Below, one piece after another: positions 38,408 to 44,442 of a stretch of DNA of 60,922 bases. The notes beneath the pieces were generated by a model, which ran no database searches, was not told where the DNA came from, and worked only from the letters and a program-made list of their open reading frames with translations. Every line of letters begins with the position of its first letter. Positions within the stretch are counted from its first letter, which is position 1. The position numbers were made by a program, and so were the translations under genes. Source of the stretch: a virus (taxonomy: Duplodnaviria; Caudoviricetes); IMG/VR virus record IMGVR_UViG_3300033183_000054, positions 1-60,922 of that record. One strand, 5' to 3'.

Positions 38408-38668
38408 CTAGTCCCCCCACTCGTCGTTGTTATCAAATATTTCTACGCATTTCTCTGCTAGTTGTTTATCACTCATCTCGTTAATTGCATGGACGCCATT
38501 AATATTAAGTTCGACTATCTCAGCAATCAATTCGTCCCCACTGTATGTATTAGATAACTTGTCTACTATGTCGTCTAAGATTTTCTCTATCATCATGTCC
38601 CTAGAATAGTTTGACATTACCTCTAGCTTTTTGTAATGCGTGTTTGAAGTTTCTAAGCTACTACTCAT
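38408..38668 (-). CDS. Hypothetical acidic protein, paralogue of 38169-38405
   Basis: Same shared pattern; GAGG RBS. Confidence 0.65.
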   Translation of the reverse strand: MSSSLETSNTHYKKLEVMSNYSRDMMIEKILDDIVDKLSNTYSGDELIAEIVELNINGVHAINEMSDKQLAEKCVEIFDNNDEWGD

Positions 38669-38868
38669 AGCCCACCTCGCATTAGATAAGTTAGCATACC
38701 GACTGATAAGAACATTAGAATAACTAAGATAACAAACACAACCGACAATATCGTATCAAGTTTGCGTTGTCTAATTAGTTCTCTGCGTTCCAATAATGGA
38801 TAATCAGGTATTGATTGGTGATACTTTTCCCAGTATTTCTCCATTTGTTCCAAGTCTTTTTTGTGCAT
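38665..38868 (-). CDS. Small membrane protein, first gene of an early operon
   Basis: TTAACTTTATAGGAG leader; C-terminal TM helix. Confidence 0.7.
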   Translation of the reverse strand: MHKKDLEQMEKYWEKYHQSIPDYPLLERRELIRQRKLDTILSVVFVILVILMFLSVGMLTYLMRGGL

Positions 38869-38970
38869 CTCGTTCTCCTATAAAGTTAATAATTTGTAAA
38901 AATTATCGTGGGAAATCCCACGGTCTGGATAGAGCAAAACAAAATGAAACCATGTAAAACCAAACATATA

Positions 38971-39023
38971 AAATTATCTCTAACCATACTAATATTATAC
39001 CAAACTTTACTAATTTACCAATA
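38971..39023 (-). promoter_or_regulatory. Extended -10 sigma70 promoter, copy 2
   Basis: TTGGTA-16 bp-TATAAT with TGn; -10 at 38994-38999. Confidence 0.75.
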
Positions 39024-39112
39024 TGTGAGTTGAAGTATTTTTGTTGGATTAAGTTGAGTTGAATTGTGGTCTCCACTCTTAGTTTACGAATGGCTGAAAC
39101 TTCGTGATGTTG

Positions 39113-39497
39113 TAAGTGCTTGATTTTACAGGCTTGTTCCAGTTGTTCCAGTCTAAAACCTCGCTATAACTTTACTATAGGAACAGTGGAACAAAATTGG
39201 AACACGGCTAAGTGCTTGATTTTACTAGGTTTTATATAGATATATATTATATTATTTTAATAATAATTAGTTTGTTCCAGTTGTTCCAGTGAAAACAGGA
39301 CGGTGTTTTTTGTAGTTGTTTAGTTTTGCACTGCGAAATCAAACCTCTTGATGACTAAATCTCTCAAAACCATATACATAGTGTCCCAAGACTGGAACAT
39401 TGGAACAAAGTTAGCTAAGTCCTTGACTTCGTTGACAAAAACCTGTTCCAAGCCCCCCTTCGTAGACTGGAACAAAACCCCGTTTTGCATGGAACAA
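39113..39497. repeat. Putative replication origin: GGAACA/TGTTCC iterons, IHF sites, AT-rich core
   Basis: About 12 GGAACA/TGTTCC copies in both orientations; AATCAAGCACTTA (IHF consensus WATCAANNNNTTR) on the - strand at 39113-39125 and 39209-39221; nearly pure A/T at 39230-39269. Confidence 0.65.
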
Positions 39498-39718
39498 CAT
39501 GATTTTCTAGCAAATTCAAACTTAAAAAAGCATCGCTAAATTATATCTCTAGCGATAGCATGGTTCTCACCTCGTAGCGTGGGAAATCCCACGCAAACTT
39601 TACAAACGGCGTCAGCGACGTCGACGACACATAACTGGTATCAGTTAAGAATTAATTTAGCGTCGTAGACTGCGATAGCGACCTCGTCGTATCTAACTGG
39701 TTTCAAGAATTTAGGGCG

Positions 39719-39754
39719 AAAAAAAAACCCTGCCTGACCGAAGCCAGACAGGGT
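39719..39754 (-). terminator. Rho-independent terminator
   Basis: ACCCTGTCTGGC-TTCG-GTCAGGCAGGG followed by a T run on the - strand, just after the 39762 stop. Confidence 0.9.
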
Positions 39755-39761
39755 GTGAGAG

Positions 39762-40469
39762 TTATGAGTTAAGAACTTTGTCAAGTTCGTTGATTAAGGT
39801 TTCAACCTTTTCTGCCTTTTGAGCATTAAGCTTGTCACCGTTTTTGATACCATTGCGGTATAGTTTGACAAAACTTGCGAAGCCTTTAACCATACGAGCA
39901 TTGAAGGGTAAGACTTCAACGCTTGAGCCAGACTCTGTATTATCTTTCGCATACAAAGACTTGACTGCGTTTTTAAGATCACGAAACTTGTCACGCTTGT
40001 AATCTTGTGCTGATTCACGCCATGCCTTGTAGAATTCCTTCTTAGCAGGACCGATTGGATCAGCGTTCTCACCCTTAGTCGCAGACAAGGATTGATACTC
40101 ACCCTTTGGCATAGCCCACGCCAAGCGTGATTCTAAGACCATGTCGGGCTTGTCATCGCTAGGAACTAACTGCTTACCAGCAACGATCTTGACGGGTATT
40201 TTCTCACCCTTCTCACGCTCCCAGTTTTCAAAGAACGCAGTCGTTGTTTGATCTTTGACTTCGTTTGCCATGTTAGCAAAGCCGTCATCAATCACGGCGT
40301 TAGCGTCCTTAGTCAGCTTAGACTTTGCGACCTTGTCTATTAGCTTTTTATCAGCGTATTTAAGAACGATACCAAGATACATAGAAGCACCTTGTTTTAC
40401 CATACTTGAGCCCTTACAAACTAAACCTACAGACTCATTAATTAAAGTTTTTGTATTTAAGTTTGACAT
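39762..40469 (-). CDS. Monocistronic early protein of unknown function
   Basis: 235 aa; own promoter, TAACTTTATAAGGAG leader and terminator. Confidence 0.85.
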   Translation of the reverse strand: MSNLNTKTLINESVGLVCKGSSMVKQGASMYLGIVLKYADKKLIDKVAKSKLTKDANAVIDDGFANMANEVKDQTTTAFFENWEREKGEKIPVKIVAGKQLVPSDDKPDMVLESRLAWAMPKGEYQSLSATKGENADPIGPAKKEFYKAWRESAQDYKRDKFRDLKNAVKSLYAKDNTESGSSVEVLPFNARMVKGFASFVKLYRNGIKNGDKLNAQKAEKVETLINELDKVLNS

Positions 40470-40528
40470 AATGTCACTCCTTATAAAGTTAGTAAAATAT
40501 GAACGGCAGAATTACCGAACATGAGTCA

Positions 40529-40557
40529 TTTATATAATTAGTTATATGCTAAGTCAA
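40529..40557 (-). promoter_or_regulatory. Sigma70-type promoter
   Basis: TTGACT-17 bp-TATAAA upstream of 40469. Confidence 0.55.
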
Positions 40558-40653
40558 ATAAGTAGGGCTTAGCGTGGGAATTCCCACGCATCGAACTCGA
40601 CCAAACCGACAAAATCGACCTCGACGGAGTCGACGACACATAACTGGTATCAA

Positions 40654-40669
40654 GGGAGCCGAAGCTCCC
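40654..40669 (-). terminator. UUCG-capped hairpin (terminator or stabiliser)
   Basis: GGGAGC-TTCG-GCTCCC on the - strand right after the 40675 stop; only a short T tail. Confidence 0.6.
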
Positions 40670-40674
40670 AAGAC

Positions 40675-40818
40675 TTACTCCCATAGTAAAAAGAAATAGA
40701 TACCGAGATTAACCATCGCGACACCTACGAACATAATGGCAAGGGGGTTCATTGCGAACCCCAGTAACGTTGCCACTAATCCACACATACATGCAATCAA
40801 TGCGAATATCTCTTTCAT
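40675..40818 (-). CDS. 47-aa two-TM membrane protein (not in ORF track)
   Basis: MKEIFALIACMCGLVATLLGFAMNPLAIMFVGVAMVNLGIYFFLLWE; TAATG coupling and GAGGAG upstream. Confidence 0.7.
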   Translation of the reverse strand: MKEIFALIACMCGLVATLLGFAMNPLAIMFVGVAMVNLGIYFFLLWE

Positions 40819-41045
40819 TATTTATACTCCTCGATGTAAGTTTCAAGTTGTTGCTTAACGTTCTCAGCTACGAGAGCGTAAACCTTTGGGTCTATAATAT
40901 CTACAGTTGTAGAGTTGTCCCCATTCTCTGCGTAATGTTTGATAGCCCTATGTGCTTCGTTCATTAATGCAGTGATTACAAACGTGCTACCTAATACTTC
41001 ATAGTTAACAATGTTACTAACTATGTCTGTTACTTTCTTACTCAT
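40818..41045 (-). CDS. Hypothetical early protein
   Basis: TTAACTTTATAAGGAG leader; 75 aa. Confidence 0.75.
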   Translation of the reverse strand: MSKKVTDIVSNIVNYEVLGSTFVITALMNEAHRAIKHYAENGDNSTTVDIIDPKVYALVAENVKQQLETYIEEYK

Positions 41046-41099
41046 ACTAAACTCCTTATAAAGTTAATAAACACATCACAATATGTAATGCATGAATCC

Positions 41100-41128
41100 T
41101 TTTTACTATAACCGAATACCTATGTCAA
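41100..41128 (-). promoter_or_regulatory. Sigma70-type promoter
   Basis: TTGACA-17 bp-TAAAAA upstream of 41045. Confidence 0.55.
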
Positions 41129-41287
41129 ATAACCTACCCCTCCCCCACCAACCACATTACAACAGATGGGACCCACGCTACGCTACGCACTAAGATTTAC
41201 ACAAATTACCAGACAAAAATTGAAATACTAGACCCCCCACCCCCCTTACTTTACAAACACCCCCCGTCAAGGGGACCCAAAAAGATG

Positions 41288-41315
41288 TTGCAAAATAAAA
41301 TATTAGGCATATAAT
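41288..41315 (+). promoter_or_regulatory. Sigma70 promoter of the predicted sRNA
   Basis: TTGCAA-16 bp-TATAAT. Confidence 0.7.
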
Positions 41316-41321
41316 GAAATT

Positions 41322-41421
41322 AGGTCAGTGAGGGTTCCTTACTTACTCTCTCCTCTCGATCCTTACTGATTCCTATAAAGTTAGTAACACCAGCCCGGTT
41401 TCTTTCGCCGGGCTTTTTATT
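41322..41421 (+). ncRNA. Predicted ~95-nt small RNA
   Basis: Promoter; 14-bp stem 41323-41336/41358-41371 that needs G.U pairs and so forms only on +; CU-rich loop; linker; terminator; no ATG. Confidence 0.7.
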
Positions 41422-41422
41422 T
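41392..41422 (+). terminator. Rho-independent terminator
   Basis: AGCCCGG-loop-CCGGGCT then TTTTATTT. Confidence 0.85.
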
Positions 41423-41555
41423 GAGATTGAGTCGCATTTCTGTTTTTATTTTTTTAATCTGTATGATGCAGGTATGAAAACTATATTTAAATACTTAGAT
41501 GAGATTGCGGCGCTCGGTTTGAGCTTGACGTTCTACGTGATCTGGCTATACTTAC

Positions 41556-41900
41556 TTATAACTCTTTAGGGTCGAACCCATATAAGGACGCTATATGTTT
41601 GATGATGAGTTTAAAACGTTTGTTGTCATGGCTGTCGTAGTCTTCATTTTTTTCCTTATACACAGCTAAGTGAGCCATCTCATGTAAGAGTGTCTTACAG
41701 ATTGTGTCGAAGTGACCATTCTTAGCGCTACTTATATAGATCGTATCTTCATCGGGTGCAAACTCACCCATAATATCTTTGCGTCTTGTAACCTTGAATC
41801 TAAGCTGACCAGGATGAGGCATATTTATCTTATCGAATGGTGGCATTTTGACGAAGGTCTTATATAAGAGTTTAAGGTTTTCGTCGGTTAATATAGTCAC
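41556..41900 (-). CDS. SprT-like zinc metalloprotease
   Basis: TLLHEMAHL (HExxH) with downstream H...F; GTG start. Confidence 0.8.
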   Translation of the reverse strand: MTILTDENLKLLYKTFVKMPPFDKINMPHPGQLRFKVTRRKDIMGEFAPDEDTIYISSAKNGHFDTICKTLLHEMAHLAVYKEKNEDYDSHDNKRFKLIIKHIASLYGFDPKEL

Positions 41901-41958
41901 GAACGAGACCTACCTAAAGACCATAGGTTAACTGGACCAAACTCTGTATCTTTCCATT

Positions 41959-42159
41959 CTATAGACATGTTGTTGGATATGCTGGAGTAAACCCTTCAGG
42001 TAAAAATAAATAGCCTTGCATGATGCAAGCGGTTGACCACTGTGGGTAATCAGGTCTGAGGCACTCATCGAAGTATTGATGAGCATGGGCGCAGGATTCG
42101 AAGTTACCTATGTAATGTCGATCGTTATCTACATACAGATATAAAACCCACTCAAACAT
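41959..42159 (-). CDS. Hypothetical Cys-containing protein
   Basis: Start refined to MFEWVLYL; the longer track ORF overlaps the terminase small-subunit candidate. Confidence 0.5.
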   Translation of the reverse strand: MFEWVLYLYVDNDRHYIGNFESCAHAHQYFDECLRPDYPQWSTACIMQGYLFLPEGFTPAYPTTCL

Positions 42160-42238
42160 CTCTTTATTATACTCTTTTTTAAATATTATGTTACAATTCG
42201 ATTTATTAGCTGCAATTTCAAGGTGTAAACAGCGACAC

Positions 42239-42805
42239 ATGACAGAAAACAAAGAGCCATTAGTACCCCCAGTAGAAGAAAATATACCTTTACCTAAAGG
42301 GGCTAGAGATGCTTTACCTGAATTAACTCCAAAAGAAGAACTATTAGCTAGAAGTAAAACAATAAAGCTGATTGCGGATATCAATGGAGAAACTATTGAG
42401 CCAACTAAGGATCAAGTTGATGATGCTACTAAGATGGCTGAAGAAATGATGGAGAATAGGGACTTAAAACACGAGTTTGCTAACTATCCTAACGAAACTA
42501 TAGCGTTTTTGACAGGTTTGGTTGAGTCAACTAGCCATATGGTAGTAAAAGACCTAGCAGATATTAAGTTATCAGTGCTAAATGGGCTATTACAAGAGGC
42601 AGCAACGGCTAAATCGGCTCGTGAACGTATCTCAGCATGGTCTAGAATAGGCGAAATAGACGGAGTTGATGCATTTAAAAAGAAAACTGAGGTTACACAT
42701 GTCACTAAATCAGGTAAAGAACTCGAAGAAGAGCTGAAAAAGACCATTGAGGAGCTAAAAGGTAAGGTAGTTGAAGGTGAAGTGATAGAAGACGACGATG
42801 ATTAG
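42239..42805 (+). CDS. Putative terminase small subunit
   Basis: Helical protein overlapping the terL start; called mainly on position. Confidence 0.65.
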   Translation: MTENKEPLVPPVEENIPLPKGARDALPELTPKEELLARSKTIKLIADINGETIEPTKDQVDDATKMAEEMMENRDLKHEFANYPNETIAFLTGLVESTSHMVVKDLADIKLSVLNGLLQEAATAKSARERISAWSRIGEIDGVDAFKKKTEVTHVTKSGKELEEELKKTIEELKGKVVEGEVIEDDDD

Positions 42806-44324
42806 CCAACAAGACCTTGATTTATTAGAAAAAGCACTACCAAACATGTCTGAAAGGGACAGACAACGTAATTTAAAGCTGTTAACAGACTATAAAAAAG
42901 AAATAACTAAAGAACGTGGCGCAAAAAGGTTCTTAGACTTTATTAAACATGTATATCCAAACTATATTATAGGAGAACATCATAGGCGACTGGCGCAACT
43001 CTTTGAGGATATTGCGGACGGCAAAAAGAAAAGGATTATTGTCAATATTGCACCGCGACACGGTAAAAGTGAACTTATATCCTACTTGGCTCCGGCATGG
43101 TTCTTGGGTAAGCACCCTGCCAAAAAGGTTATCATGGCATCTCACACTGCTGACCTTGCGGTTAACTTTGGTCGTAGAGTACGTAACCTCGTGGGTTCAG
43201 ACTTATATAAAGATGTGTTTCCCGAAATCGAACTTCAAGCAGATTCTAAGTCGGCTTCGCGATGGGGTACTAATTTTAACGGTGAGTATTTTGCCATTGG
43301 TGTGGGCGGCGCTCTTGCTGGACGAGGCGCAGACTTATTTATCATCGACGACCCTCACTCTGAGCAAGATGCAAAACTTGGAAAACCAGATGTATTCTTA
43401 CCAGCATGGGAATGGTTTCAGTCAGGTCCCTTACAACGGCTTATGCCCGGAGGCGCAATTATTGTCGTTATGACGCGGTGGTCTAAGCTAGACTTGACTG
43501 GTCAGATTGTTAATCAGATGGTGAAGAACGATGAAGTAGATGATTGGGAGGTAGTGGAGTTCCCGGCTATACTAGAAAATAAGCAAGGCGAAGAAGTACC
43601 TCTATGGGGAGACTTCTGGAGTTTAGAAGAACTAAGAGCTAGACGTGCTGCGTTAGATGTTAGGTATTGGAATGCACAATATATGCAAAACCCAGTATCT
43701 GAAGAAGGTGCGTTGATAAAAAGGGAGTGGTGGAACATATGGGAAGAAGACAATCCACCGCCATGTGAGTTTATTATTATGACATTGGACGCTGCTCAAG
43801 AAGCAAACAACCGCTCTGACTACAATGCTCTAACCACTTGGGGAGTATTTTTTAACGAAGAAACCAATAATTATAATATAATACTGTTAAACGCAATTAA
43901 GAAACGTCTAGAATTCCCAGAGCTAAAGCAGCTTTGCATAGAAGAATATAGAGATTGGGAACCTGACTCCTTTGTTGTGGAGAAAAAATCTAACGGGGCT
44001 GCACTTTACCAAGAGTTCAGAAGGATGGGTATACCCGTAGGAGAATTCACACCAGGAAAAGGACAGGATAAGATTAGTCGAGTCAACGCTATATCTGATT
44101 TATTTAGTTCAGGTATTGTCTGGGCTCCAGAACATAGATGGGCAAATGAAGTGATAGAAGAATGTAATGACTTTCCTTCAGGTGCCAATGATGACTTAGT
44201 TGACGCAACGACGTTAGCTTTAATGCGTTTTAGACAAGGTGGGTTTATAAGGTTACCAAGTGATGAAGAAGATGAGATACCTGGGTTTAGAGGCTATAAC
44301 CATAAGCGGTTGTATGCTTTATAA
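42798..44324 (+). CDS. terL: Terminase large subunit
   Basis: APRHGKS Walker A; GRGAD..IIDDP Walker B; MTRW; nuclease LDAA, DY.A and DD.VDA. Confidence 0.97.
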   Translation: MISQQDLDLLEKALPNMSERDRQRNLKLLTDYKKEITKERGAKRFLDFIKHVYPNYIIGEHHRRLAQLFEDIADGKKKRIIVNIAPRHGKSELISYLAPAWFLGKHPAKKVIMASHTADLAVNFGRRVRNLVGSDLYKDVFPEIELQADSKSASRWGTNFNGEYFAIGVGGALAGRGADLFIIDDPHSEQDAKLGKPDVFLPAWEWFQSGPLQRLMPGGAIIVVMTRWSKLDLTGQIVNQMVKNDEVDDWEVVEFPAILENKQGEEVPLWGDFWSLEELRARRAALDVRYWNAQYMQNPVSEEGALIKREWWNIWEEDNPPPCEFIIMTLDAAQEANNRSDYNALTTWGVFFNEETNNYNIILLNAIKKRLEFPELKQLCIEEYRDWEPDSFVVEKKSNGAALYQEFRRMGIPVGEFTPGKGQDKISRVNAISDLFSSGIVWAPEHRWANEVIEECNDFPSGANDDLVDATTLALMRFRQGGFIRLPSDEEDEIPGFRGYNHKRLYAL

Positions 44325-44442
44325 AATATTAAACAGATTGTGGAAGATTGTGTGGTGGGTAAAAACACTTACACTTATTATATATTATCTTCTCATAATA
44401 CAAATTAAAAAATTATTAGGAACTTACAATGGCAGCGAATGA
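44314..44442 (+). CDS. 42-aa hydrophobic peptide between terL and portal
   Basis: MLYKILNRLWKIVWWVKTLTLIIYYLLIIQIKKLLG...; overlaps both neighbours. Confidence 0.4.
   Translation: MLYKILNRLWKIVWWVKTLTLIIYYLLIIQIKKLLGTYNGSE

Larger units (their letters stand above)
31061..40589. repeat. Dispersed 16-bp palindrome CGTGGGA(A/T)(A/T)TCCCACG, 7 copies
   Basis: Copies at 31061-31076, 34066-34080, 36346-36360, 37302-37317, 38907-38922, 39577-39594 and 40572-40589. Confidence 0.92.
39620..40652. repeat. 24-bp exact direct repeat GTCGACGACACATAACTGGTATCA
   Basis: At 39620-39643 and 40629-40652; core also at 39695-39705 (one change) and inverted at 30592-30602. Confidence 0.9.

Noticed and set aside
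39348-39539. 63-aa + strand ORF
   Set aside because: It lies in the iteron region with no RBS; its WN repeats simply reflect TGGAAC motifs.
31061-40589. Palindrome copies as a CRISPR array
   Set aside because: Spacing is 0.7-3 kb and irregular with genes in between; there is no cas operon, and the Cas4-like nuclease is a normal phage replication exonuclease.
41322-41421. tRNA or tmRNA at the non-coding loci (also 50773-50966)
   Set aside because: No cloverleaf, T-loop GTTC motif or CCA acceptor geometry.
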